64,000 bases of DNA. Source: Squalus acanthias (Eukaryota). The stretch spans positions 67,272,001-67,336,000 of the forward strand of contig CM059432.1 in NCBI GenBank assembly GCA_030390025.1, given 5' to 3'. Within the stretch, counting starts at the first letter, position 1. Each line of letters starts with the position of its first letter. The notes below the pieces were generated by a model. That model was not told the DNA's origin. It saw nothing but the letters and a program-made list of their open reading frames with translations, and did not search any database. The position numbers were made by a program, and so were the translations under genes. Below, piece after piece: positions 50,625 through 62,226 of this stretch.

Positions 50625-52427
50625 TGGTCCCTTAGAAGGTTGAAACTGGGGAATTAATAATGGGGAACAGGGAAATGGCAGAGACCTTGAACAAATATTT
50701 TGTATTAGTCTTCACGGTAGAAGACACTAAAACCATCCCAATAATACATCATCAAGGGGCTATAGGGAGGGGGGAACCTAAAACAATAACTATCACTAAA
50801 GAAAAAGTACTCGGTAAAATAATGGGACTAAAGGTGGAGAAGTCCCCTGGACCTGATGGCCTGCATCCTAGGGTCTTAAAAGAAGTGGCTGCAGAGATAG
50901 TGGATGCATTGGTTGCAATCTACCAAAATTCCCTGGATTTTGGAGAGGTCCCAGTGGATTGGAAAACCGCAAATGTAACGTCCCTATTTAAGAAGGATGG
51001 GAGACAGAAAGCAGGAAACTATAGACCAGCTAGCCTAACATCTGTCGTTGGGAAAATGCTGGAGTCCATTATTAAGGAAGCAGTAGCAGGACATTTAGAA
51101 AATCATAATACAGTCAAGCAGAGTCAATATGGTTTTATGAAAGGGAAATCATGTTTGACAAATTTGCTGGAGTTCTTTGAGGATGTAACGAGCAGGGTGG
51201 ATAAAGGGGAACCAGTGGATGTGGTGTATTTGGATTTCCAGAAGGCATTCGATAAGGTGCCACATAAAAGGTTACTGCCACATAAAAGATAAGAGCTCAC
51301 GGGGTTGGGGTAATATATTAGCATGGATAGAGGATTGGCTAACTAACAGAAAACAGAGAGTCGGAATAAACGGGTCATTTTCCGGTTGGCAAACAGTAAC
51401 TAGTGGGGTGCCACAGGGATCAGTGCTGGGGCCTCAACTATTTATAATCTATATTAATGACTTGAATGAATGGACCGAGTGTACTGTAGCCAAATTTGCT
51501 GATGATACAAAGATGGATGGGAAAGCAAGTTGTGAAGAGGACACAAAGAATCTGCAAAGGGATATAGATAGGCTAAGTGAGTGGGCAAAGATTTGGCAGA
51601 TAGAGTATAATGTGGGAAAGTGTGAGGTTATCCACTTTGGTAAGAAAAATAAAAAAGCAAATTATTATTTAAATGGAGAGAGATTACAAAATGCTGCAGT
51701 ACAGAGGGACCTGGGGGTCCTTGTGCATGAAACACAAAAACTTAGCATGTAGGTACAGCAAGTAATCAAGAAGGCAAATGGAATGTTGGCCTTTATTGCA
51801 AGGGGGTTGGAGTATAAAAGCAGGGAAGTCTTGCTACAACTGTACAGGGTATTGGTGAGACCACACCTGGAGTACTGCGTACAGTTTTGGTCTCCTTATT
51901 TAAGGAGGGATATACTTGCATTGGAGGAAGTTCAGAGAAGGTTCACGAGGTTGATTCCTGAGATGAAGGGGTTGACTTATGAAGAAAGGTTGAGCAGGTT
52001 GGGCCTATATTCATTGGAGTTTAGAAGAATGAGAGGTGATCTTGTTGAAACATATAAGATACTGAGGGGGCTCGACAAGGTACAGAGAAGATGTTTCCCC
52101 TCGTGGGGGAATCTAGAACTAGGGGGCATAGTTTCAGAATAAGGGGTCGCCCATTTCAAACTGAGATGAGGAGGAATTTATTTTCTCAGAGGGTCATAAA
52201 TCTGTGGAATTCTCTGCCCCAGAGAGCTGTGGAGGCTGGGTCATTGAATATATTTAAGGTGGAGATAGACAGACTTTTGAACAATAAGGGAGTGAAGGGT
52301 TATGGGGAGCGGGCAGGGAAATGGAGCTGAGCCCAATATCAGATCAGCCATGATCTCATTAAATGGCGGAGCAGGCTCGAGGGGCCAAATGGCCTACTCT
52401 TGCTCCTATTATTTATGTTCTTATGTT
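50625..52427 (+). mobile_element. CR1 LINE (RT domain to 3'UTR), few lesions
   Basis: KSPGPDGLHPRVLKE; NYRP.SLTS; LDFQKAFDKV; QGSVLGP; FADD; tail. Confidence 0.95.
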
Positions 52428-52819
52428 GTATTTGGCAGCTTCCAGCAATCCCTATAAGGACTGGTGGTTAGGTGGCTGTAGGGACTGAATAACTAGTCAG
52501 AGCTTGCACAAGCACAAGCTCTGCCTAGTTTTTAACTCATGAGGATGGCCTCAATCGCGATATCGGGTTCATGTCACGATACAGAACGTGACTTGACATC
52601 ATGGCCGGTCTTCCCAGGTGTTTTTTTTAAAAAAAGACTAACACAAGAACACAAATTGACAGGATATGCAGCCAGCAGGTGGTTTGACACGTTGGACCCC
52701 CTGGGACACATCTCATTGTCTTGGCTGTGCTCTTAGTGTGTCTTTGATGTAGGGAAATATTTGAATAGATTTTGTCTGTGTTTAAATTGTGAATTCTGGG
52801 AGATTCTCTCACTGCTAAC

Positions 52820-52857
52820 TTACCTGAGGAAGGAGCGACAGCTCCGAAAGCTTGTAA
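52820..52857 (+). ncRNA. Minimal type-I hammerhead ribozyme motif in a probable Penelope-like terminal fragment (~52740-52900)
   Basis: UUAC-CUGAGGA-A-GGAGC-GACA-GCUCC-GAAA-GC-UU-GUAA: CUGANGA/GAAA/UH core, perfect stems I and II; AATAAA just downstream. Confidence 0.75.
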
Positions 52858-53545
52858 AATTAAATAAATCTGTTGGACTATAACCTGGTGTTGTGCGACT
52901 TCTAGTTTTTAACCAGTTTTGGAGCTGAGTCCTCAAACAGGCATTAGACCCCTTATTAGCATATGCAAGTTACCTAACGCCTGTTTAAGGTGGTCAGACA
53001 TGTTTCTGCTGTTCTTGTGTAATTGGACCTTTTTGCCCTCGTTTCGCACCCAAGAAACAGGCAGAACAAGGTCTAATTTCATGCCCTCTGTTCTCATGCA
53101 AAATGCTATAGCATTTATATGCTTTCTATTGACTTTAATCAGTTTAGTCAGTCAAAGATATCTTTGTCAAAAGCAAAATACTGCGGATGCTGGAAATCTG
53201 AAATAAAAACAGAAAATGCTGGAAATACTCAGCAGGTCAGGCAGCGTCTGTAGAGAGAGAAACAGAGTTGTGGGGGGCAATTTTCCCAATGGAGGCGGGT
53301 TTCGGTTTGGGTGGGTTCCAAACTTGCCTCCACTGAGAGGTGGGAAAAAATTGCGATTTTCCCCTAATTGGCCAGTTGATTTCAGAGGTGTGGGTTCCCC
53401 TGGGCCAATTAGTGTTTTGGGACTGAAACTCGCCTCTGCTGACGTCACTTATCCAGCCTCGTTTAAGGGCTGCTTGCTGCCTTGGCTCATTCCACTGGAT
53501 TTTTGTCGATGCTGCACCACCTCCAACATTTTTTCAGATTCTACA

Positions 53546-55508
53546 ATGGCCAACTCCAAGGCAAGGGCCTCCCCGAGGTTCTCAGATGAGGCACTGAGAA
53601 TGTTGGTTGAGGGGGTGAGAGCCAGCAGGGAGGTGCTCTTCCCCTCATCTGGGAGGAAGAGGCCTCCCAAAGAAACCAAGGCTGCCTGGGTACAGCTGGC
53701 AAGGGAGATCACCTCCAGATCAGTGTGCAGCAGAACATGGATGCAGTGCCGTAAAAGGTTCAATGACCTTGTAAGATCAGGCAAAGTGAGTATACCTTCA
53801 GCTTGACCCTCCTTCTGCTCCCCTTCTCCTCTCATCACCAGCACTCTGCATTGTCAACCTCCTCCTACACATCCCACTTTACCCTTATAACCCTTGCACC
53901 CTTCACCATCCCTCTCACTCTATGAACCCAATCACTTGACTATTTGACTATGCTGCCCTCACACTCCCTTTCAATGTTATGCAATGACAACGACTAACAA
54001 CGCACAGGGAGGGCACTTGGACATGGAACCTCACTCCATCTTTGTCTCCTTCTAAGCATCTATGCTCTGGACTCTCTACACTCACTCCATCATTCTCACT
54101 CCAACTCCACTTGTCTCCCTCACTGCAGGAAAAGAGAGACCACAATAGAAGGGAAAGGGCGAAGACAGGAGGAAGGTCACCTTCCCTAGCCCATCTCACC
54201 CAGGCTGAAGAGGCGGCCCTGGACATCGCCAGCGCAGAGGTGGAGGTGGAAGTGGGGCACAGACAGACGGACGAGGCAGAGCAAGCTGGTGACAGAATAG
54301 TTTTACCTCTCTCTCATTTACACTGCTTGAGTGGCTGAAATAGCCGCTGGTGTACATTATTAGAATGCCACTTGAGCATCTGCACTATTACATGTGCATG
54401 CCACACTTCCGTCAAATGTCTAACCCATGCCTTTACTCCCCCACAGGACCATTCACCGAGCCGCCCCCCCCCACCACCCCCCCCCACTGTCCAGGAGGAA
54501 GAGGCTGAGCAGCAAGACTCCTCAGGGGAACTTGCAACCTCTGAAGACACAGCGTCAGCAGAATTAAGTGCACCCAGCACCAGCGCAGATACGCACACCT
54601 CGGTGGGACCTTCGGGACATAGATTAGTGTTGTCACCGTGTGTGTCACATCTCACAGGTGAGCATCAGCAGGTGGTGGAGACAGGGACAGCAGTGGAGAG
54701 TCCTCGGCGGAGGGCGCTGGACTCTCCTAGCTCTGCTCCGCTGCATGTGGACCCTGTGCCTCTGGGTCCATCCAGAAATAGAGCGGTGCTGGAACTCCAG
54801 GAGCAGGTGCAGGAGTCTCTGACAGGTCTTGTCTCCAGGGTCACTGCGAGTGTGGAGAGAATGGAGGAGTCCAACTCTAACATGAGCAGTGCTGTTGGGG
54901 AGGCAATGGCGCATATACGCAGCACCACGGAAAGGATGGCAACCTCCGTGGAAAGGCTGGCTACGGCCATGGAAGCAATAAGTCGCCAGAGTGAGGAAAA
55001 CATGGTGATTGTTCAGAATAGACTGTTATCTCTGAAGGAACAATGGGCAGCTATTGAACAGAGAAACCAGAGCTTCATGGAAGTCCTTTTGAGTAGGACT
55101 GCCAGTGCAGAGACGGGTCCCGATGGCCCCCCTGATGTGCAGCAAGGTGCTCTAAAACCACTTGCAAGCGCTGAGGTGGACCTGACCCATGAGAGGGAAG
55201 TTGGTGGCAGACAACAAGGAAGTGGGGGCTCCTCTCCAAGCGCTCACACTTCCATGCCACTGCGTAGCCCTTGGTCAGAGCCCCACCAGAGTCCGCACCC
55301 AACTGAGATGGGCGTCTCAGCCCCTGCACTGCCGCAGGAGGAGCAGACGTTTGGCGAGCCCTCACAGGTTCATAAACCCAGAGGACGCCCGCCAAAGGTG
55401 TCAAAGCAGGAGCAGCATCAAAGTGAGCAAGGGGCCTCCACTTCTGCTGAAGCCACAGGGGGAGCACCACGTTGGAGCACGCGTAAGAGAAAAATAAAGC
55501 ACCATTAA
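53546..55508 (+). CDS. Harbinger Myb/SANT-like protein; exons 53546-53785, 54129-54288, 54447-55508; one apparent frameshift in the poly-C tract 54461-54485
   Basis: PRFSDEALRMLVEGV...AW.QLA...RTWMQCRKRFNDL; splice sites GTGAGT/CTGCAG/GTGACA/CCACAG; coiled-coil and basic C-terminus. Confidence 0.85.
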
Positions 55509-55753
55509 TCACAGGGGTGAATGTTTATGTGTATTGATGAAATGCCATCCCTGTTGGAAAGTATAAAAATTATTTGATGGCAAACTGTTGGCATGATGGC
55601 ATCTGTTATTTCGCCTTAGGCAGCTCCACATTGCGGGCTCTGCGACACTTGCGTGGTCAGGTTGGTGGCCAGAGTGAAAGGAGGCCAGAGAGTCATGTCC
55701 ATTGTCTATCATGTCTTAAGATGGAGCCAAGGACATGTGCCAACATGGACAAC

Positions 55754-56980
55754 CTATGCAAATCTGGCCAGGATAAGTGCATGCCTTGCATCACTGGCAG
55801 CCATGTACTCGCGTGCTACCGCTGCTGCTGGTCGATAGGCCGGCGCTCGGTCTTCCTCCTGCTCCTCATCATCCTCATCTGAGGAGGCTATTAACTGAGC
55901 CACTTGCTCATCAGGAAGCTGCAAGCCACGACGCTGTGCCATGTTGTGCAGTGCACAGCAGACCCTGACCATTCTGGAGAACCTGGCTGCTCAGTACTGC
56001 AGGGCTCCACCTGATCTGTCAAGGCATCAGAATCGCATCTTCGACAAGCCAATGATTTGCTCGATGATGGACCTGGTCGAAGTGTGGCTGGCGTTGCAGC
56101 GCTCTTCAGCCTCATTAGCTGGCCTCCTGATCGGCGTCATTAGCCACTTCTTCCGGGGGTAGCCCTTGTCACCAAGGAGCCATCTGTTAAGTTGGTTTGG
56201 CGGATTGAAGAGCGGAGGAACATTAGAGTTCCGCAGGATGAAAGAGTCATGGAAACTACCACAGAACTTGGCGCAAACATGCAAAATCTCCTTCTTGTGG
56301 TTACACACCAGCTGTACGTTGAGGGAGTGGAAGCCCTTCCGGTTGACAAAGATAGCTGGGTTGTGATGGGGTGCCCTAAGTGCCACATGTGTGCAGTCTA
56401 TGATGCCCTGCACCATTGGCAAGCCTGCCATATTTGCAAAGCCAACTGAATGCGCGGTGACACTTGCTTGATCCCTTGAGAAGTGGATGTAATTGTGGGC
56501 CTTTGCGAAAAGGGCATCGGTAACCTGCGTGATGCAACTGTGGGCGGCCAACTGGGAGATGCCGCTGATGTCTGCTGATAATCCCTGGAAGGAGCCTGAG
56601 GCAACGAAGTTGAGTGCGGTGGTGACTTTGACAGCCACTGGTAAGGGGTGTCCACCCGCTCCTCTGGGCTCCAGGTGTTGGTGCAGCAGTGCGCAGATGT
56701 CTCGGACAACCTCTCGCGAAAGTCTCAGCCTCCTTTGGCACTGCTGCTCACTCATGTTGAGGTAGCTCATCCTCTGTCTGTAAACCCTCTGTGGGGGGTA
56801 TCTCCTGCAGCGAGGTGCCTCGATGCGCTGGCGCCTTCTGCCCTGTGCAGCATCAGGTGGGTGAGCAGGAGGTTGGGGCTCCTGCTGCTGTTGCTGCTGA
56901 GCTGCCTGGTTCTGTTGCTGCTGTGGCTGCTCCTCATCCGAATCTGAGCTCCATGATGAAAGGAAATAAATGCTTCCCAT
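55754..56980 (-). pseudogene. Harbinger DDE transposase, full length with two in-frame TGA stops near 56027 and 55991
   Basis: [10 protein letters not shown]..polyQ..; GIIDCTH, GDKGY, RSIIEQ triad; RF*CLDRSGGALQY*..CCALHN. Confidence 0.93.
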
Positions 56981-57717
56981 GCTGCTGGCAGATACCTCCG
57001 TTGGGGAAGCGCTCAGTCCAAGCGGGGAGAGGGTCTTCCAAGGAGGTCCCACAGTTGAGAGATAGAAGCTGCAGCACCTCTGACCTGGCCTGCTATAAGA
57101 GCTGAAAGACCTTTTGAACCAAAGTTCTGCCACCTGCAACTGATCCCTGATGAAAGCTCTATTTTAATGGTGGAGCTGCAGCTGTGAGGAGGCCACCCAC
57201 TTATCAACCAGCCAGGTTTAGCTGGCGTGGTTTAGGAGGGTCGTGGAACACGCTGAAAATGGGGAAAAATAGGATTATAGAGGCCCTTAACTATTATTTA
57301 GGGGTCTTAACTACCTCTCTGGACTGCTGGAGGCGGGACCAAATCGCACCCTTCAAAACCGCATCCGGCAAAATTGCGCGGAGGCGGGTTCCGAACCTGC
57401 ACTCAGTTTTTGCCATTTTGCCAACTGTCCCGCCTCCTCAGGGCTGGGAAAATCGCCCCCGTCCATTTCAAGTCGATGACCCTTTGTCAGAAGATATCTT
57501 TGTGTATGAATAACAAGTTTAGATTTTTTAGATATTTTGAAAATGGTTAAGTTTCTTTTCCAAAGTGGCATAAAGCTGAATATATGAGTCATTCTCATTC
57601 TACTTCAATGTTACCAGCAAATTACTAATTTGGTCAACAAGGTTTGATTTATAATTCTCTTGTGTCAATCTACTAACTTAATTCAAAATAATAGCATTTC
57701 TATTTTTTGTGTAACAG

Positions 57718-57837
57718 ATTGGAGAAACACAACTAAATGTCTTCATTTAAAACAGCCTGACTTCTTTTAAATGTTCATATTATAGTGCTCCTCAGAATAA
57801 GGGATGTCAGGAAGAGAAATTTGAGGCAACAAGTATG
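57718..57837 (+). other. Candidate 120-nt non-coding or UTR exon
   Basis: TACTAAC at 57671-57677, TTTTTTGTGTAACAG acceptor, ATG|GTAAGT donor; stops in all three frames. Confidence 0.45.
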
Positions 57838-57896
57838 GTAAGTATGCATTCATTTGATCCATTAGCGCATTTTGCCCCTCTTTCTAATACCTCCTA

Positions 57897-59583
57897 GGAC
57901 CAAATTAGTTTAACACGCAGATCTGGTGTTCATTTTTTTTGCTTGTTAAGCACCAATTAAGGGCACAAATGTGCCCAAGGTTGCCTTATAGCACCCATCA
58001 AAAATGTCACACTGTGCAAATGACATTTACTATAAAAATGGTGAAAAGGCAAAGGAGAGAGTTCAGCGTAGTGCACTGCAGGACAGACTGTAAAGAGCAA
58101 CTCAACTGTTGCAGTCCATAAAGCAACATGTGTGAATCAGCAAGTTTACTTTGCTGAATATGTTGGAGGAGAAAACGAGCATGTGCATTAGAGGACCAGG
58201 AAGGCCCGTGGCCAAATACCAATCACCAGCATCATTCCAATCTATCCCAGGCAGTCTGTTTACTGCCGGTCACAGAATTACCTCAACCTTATCAAGAGGC
58301 AACGCGAGCAGGTTATGCTTCATCAAGGAGGTCAAGGAGTTACTGTCCCATCTATTGGAATCAGACCGCTAATGTTCCCCAGAGGGAGTTGACAGAGTGG
58401 TAGTGAGCTGCATGCTGCACAATGTGCCTGGCAAAAGGCATATGTGTGTTTGTGGGAGATAAGCAGCAATAATCTGTGGCACAGGAGGAAAGGAGGTGGT
58501 GAAGGATAACAAGGAGCAAACAGAAGCATGGGTTTGGCAGGTTCTGACTGAGCAGTTCTTTCCATGAGATCTGCTTTTTAAAAATAAAAATAAATGTTCC
58601 CTCATAGTGCTGTTTATGTGGAAACTTGTAATTTTGAAAGTAAACAATAACTGTGTTGTATCTTTATTCAAAATTGTGCAGGTGCAACGAGCATTTTTCA
58701 TGTGCTACTCCCTGTGAACTATTGCACTGTGTAACTTCTACTCAAAAGCATTCTTCACCAGCTACTTCTGCCCCATCACTCCTCCCTATGACAAGTGACT
58801 CAGCCTCTGTTTCTTTTTCTGACTCACTCAACTCCTCCAGGGTGTGCACCTTTGGCCTGGTGCATGCCTTTATTGATGATGACACCAAGTGCTGCGGTGT
58901 CACTTGCTAGGGAGAGGGCCCGCCTTTACTGCTCCTGGGTTTCTAGGCTACAAGAAAAAGGCACATTAGTCACTGTCCATGCCTAGCCATGTTATACATG
59001 GCACACTTTGCAATGCAACAGCAACTGAAACAAATTTGCACAGGGGAGGAGTGGGGGAGAGGTATGTGAATATAATTATACAAGCCTGGAATGTATTTCT
59101 CTCCTCCATATTGTGCACCACCCACACTGTGTACAGCTTCCTAGCCATCCATCTCCATTGTAGCAGTGGACGAAAGATGTGGCCTGCTGAATCCTACCAC
59201 TCATCCTTACTCTTACAGCTGCTTTCTGACTGGCCATTCAGTTTTGTATTACTTTTAATGCCTCCTAATACATCAAGTTTCCAGTAAGCACACAGATTAA
59301 AATTGTCCAATCCTGCAAGTCAATAGAATGGTAAAAAAAAAACTCACCTCCCATTTTAACCCACTGTTTATGCACTAAGACTAACTCAGGGCCTTATCAT
59401 TAGGCAATTAGCCACTTTGAGATCAACAATAGGGTGCTTCACATGCTGAGTTAAGTACCCTTTGCTCTTCCCTAAAAATGGAAAGATTTCCTCTATGCAC
59501 CATGTGTAATTAAATCCTGAATCTATTATAAAGAACACATTCCTGATTTTGGTCCATGTAGCCATACAGAGGAAATTTTGCCC
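57897..59583. mobile_element. Ancient, heavily deleted Harbinger remnant
   Basis: RLCFIKEVKELLSHLLESD and VVVSCMLHNV transposase-like pieces (58310-58430); degenerate ends. Confidence 0.5.
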
Positions 59584-59892
59584 AATGAGTTACACTACCA
59601 CCCTAAGTAGAGCATCCCTTCCCTATGTAACAGTGTATTTTTTTTAATTCCGCATGGGTATTGAGTTAGACTAATAATCCAATGGAAAATTCTACCAAAT
59701 CATGTAGAGCCTTAAAGCCAGCAGAGAGAGGAGACTTTCATCCTATCAAATGGCCTGGAATTCCAACTAGGTGCCGAGCGAAAGAAAATCCTGCGCTAAC
59801 ATATTGTATAACCCCGTCCATCACTTGATATACTTTAAGATTATTCTCTAACCATACACAATTCATCGAGTTAGCCTTTCAGAAAATCTAAT

Positions 59893-60600
59893 GGCCCAGT
59901 TTTTCCTGTCAAAACAATGGTGAGACTAACCATAATGGTGCTCACTGTTATTCATGCACAAATTGAACAACCACTTCAGGTGAGGGAAGATGCGTGGTTA
60001 AATGCGAAAATCCAGAAGTTGTTGTCCGAGATACACCATTAGCTTCCCGAAAACGGCATCTCGCTGTCTGACTCACTATTTAAATGCATTGAACAGCGTG
60101 AAGTTCCTATACTTGCATGGTAGATATGAACTAAACTCGCCACAGAAAGTTTGGGCCTCTTTAATGGCACAATAAGTATTAATTACTGCCAATAAACCTC
60201 TCTGGCACTGAAAATGAACTATTACAAGTGGGGAGTCTCATTCCTTTAGCTTTTAATTGTTGTTGGAGATTTTAAAACAAAGTAAATACATTTTTTAAAC
60301 TTTTTTTTTCTATCTCTTTTTTCTCTATCGCTTCATGCAATCTTTCTTTCCCTCTCTTTCTGTACCTGATTTGAGACTGAATTCACTATTCTAACCTACA
60401 CTTCCAGGTTCAGACTCCGCACTGTGCATTTTACAATCCTTCAATCTGGTTAAGGAGCTACACAGTTGCTTGCCATGTTCACAGAGATCCCAGATGCCTC
60501 ATTTAGATCACCCACTTACAGAAACTTCCAGTGCTAAATCTCATGGAAATTAAATGAGCAAGGGCAAGTCTAAGTTTGCCGGCTACAGTAAATTCTGGCC
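59893..60600. mobile_element. Old Harbinger-type MITE
   Basis: Ends GGCCCAGTTTTT / AAATTCTGGCCC; non-coding. Confidence 0.45.
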
Positions 60601-60979
60601 CAATTATATTTTAAATTTTCATTCGTTAAATGGCATTTAAGAAAATATAGTTTCAGAATTCTGCTTCAATATTTTTGATGGATTATGAAAGATGATGCAG
60701 TGCTATAAATACTTATATCAAGAATACATCAAATAATATGGTTTATGTTTCCAATCACAAAACCAGTGCTCATGTATGTAAGCATGGAAATATATATATA
60801 GTGGTTAATTATAGGTATTTTAAAGCCTTCTAATTTATACAATGTCTTTAAATTATTCAGTATATAGGAGTTGTTTATTATAATTTACAATTAGGCATTC
60901 TTATTTGTTGCTCAGTCCTATGTCATTAAATACATTTCATATGCAACCAACCTGCAAGAATGAAGGTTTGTATCTCCAG

Positions 60980-61024
60980 GAATTACTCTGGGCGTGCCTG
61001 TGCTTGATAAGAATCCAGCCTCTG
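60980..61024 (+). other. Weak candidate exon, 45 nt, phase 1-1 (xITLGVPVLDKNPASx)
   Basis: TTTGTATCTCCAG acceptor, CTG|GTAGGA donor, open frame. Confidence 0.25.
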
Positions 61025-61652
61025 GTAGGAATTATATTTCTGCCTTTGTCTTATTACTGCATCAACATTGATGTTAAAAGTTCTTACCTCATGTCAGAAG
61101 GTAACAGAGAGAACACATGTAAAGATTTATAAAAGTCTCAGTAATATATGAAATCAGCAATGAGGTTTTAATCCAACTAAAGGTCTGAAGCTGTTTACTT
61201 TCATGTACCTGCAATTTAAATAATGCAATAGTTCTGAAATTTAGACACAGTTCCAGATGACTCATACCTTATTAATTCTGTAATACCAATGAACCTCTTA
61301 GAACATTTGAAATTCATCTGAATAGAAATGCAGAAATATCAAAGGAAAGAAAGCACTAAAACCAATTTTATGAGCTATAATTTGGCAGGTTGCATGTTCT
61401 TGTATGTTGTAAATGTTGCTTTCTAAATACTTCAAAAAACAGATTATATCAATTTTTTTGCAATAGCAATTTCAATACAGACAAAATGCATCACAATTTA
61501 TTTTTGATTATGTTGCATAAAAGCTCGTGGATGAACAGAGACACCTAGGGATTCAAATGTAGGTTTCCCTGGAAGTGCTTGATAAAGCCATAAAAAAGTT
61601 TAACAGCAATTTGTATTTCATAAATTTTTAATAGATGCTTTTAAAATTATAA

Positions 61653-62215
61653 GGGGGCTAAATTTGGTTGATTTGTGCCTCCTGTTAGCGACCCACTCGC
61701 CGTGCGCAACGCCTCGCTCGTGCTCCAGCTGTAATATTGGGTGGTGTCCCCCGCCTTACCACCGGACGCTATGTCCGCTGGGGTCAGGGGGGCCTACCTG
61801 CGGCCGGGGCGGTGCTAGTTAAAGGGGAGGTGGCGGGCAGCCATTTTTGTTGCTGGCCGCCTGCCAGCACCTGCCCCCGTTGCGGTCCCCGGCCCCCGTG
61901 AAGTCCCTCCGCGGGGTGCCGGCTGCTCTCCGTGAGCCCGGCACTCAGGAGTTCTTTTGCCGGCACTCCCGATCCCTGGTGGCCCAGCTGGGTGCCGGGA
62001 TGCGCTGCGCCAGACCCCTCCCCTTTAATAAGGGGAGGAAGGCCTGCAGTACCACGGCACATAAAGCCGCGATATTGGCTCGCAACGCCCCAAGAGGGAC
62101 GTGGGGCGCTTCCAGTAGCACCCCTCCTCCCTCTCGGGGCGCTACCTGGGAAATTCGGCCGCAGGGGCGCTAACTTTTTTGGGGCCCAAAGGGGGCGCTA
62201 TCCAATCTTTACCCC
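61653..62215. mobile_element. Harbinger-type MITE (TAGCGC motif group)
   Basis: Ends GGGGCTAAATTTGG / CCAATCTTTACCCC; GGCGCTA motifs; TTAAAGGGGAGG box. Confidence 0.75.
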
Positions 62216-62226
62216 TATGACTCTAT

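Larger units (their letters stand above)
53273..57460. mobile_element. Full-length, nearly intact PIF/Harbinger transposon (~4.19 kb)
   Basis: TIRs GGGGGCAATTTTCCCA / TGGGAAAATCGCCCCC; flanks GTG / GTC; two convergent genes. Confidence 0.95.
53170..57495 (-). mobile_element. Penelope-like terminal fragment (53170-53270, 57461-57495) split by a Harbinger
   Basis: Matches 22975-23070 on both sides of the insertion. Confidence 0.75.

Noticed and set aside
53546..55508. Host NAIF1/MSANTD gene
   Set aside because: Inside a TIR-bounded element and convergent with a transposase
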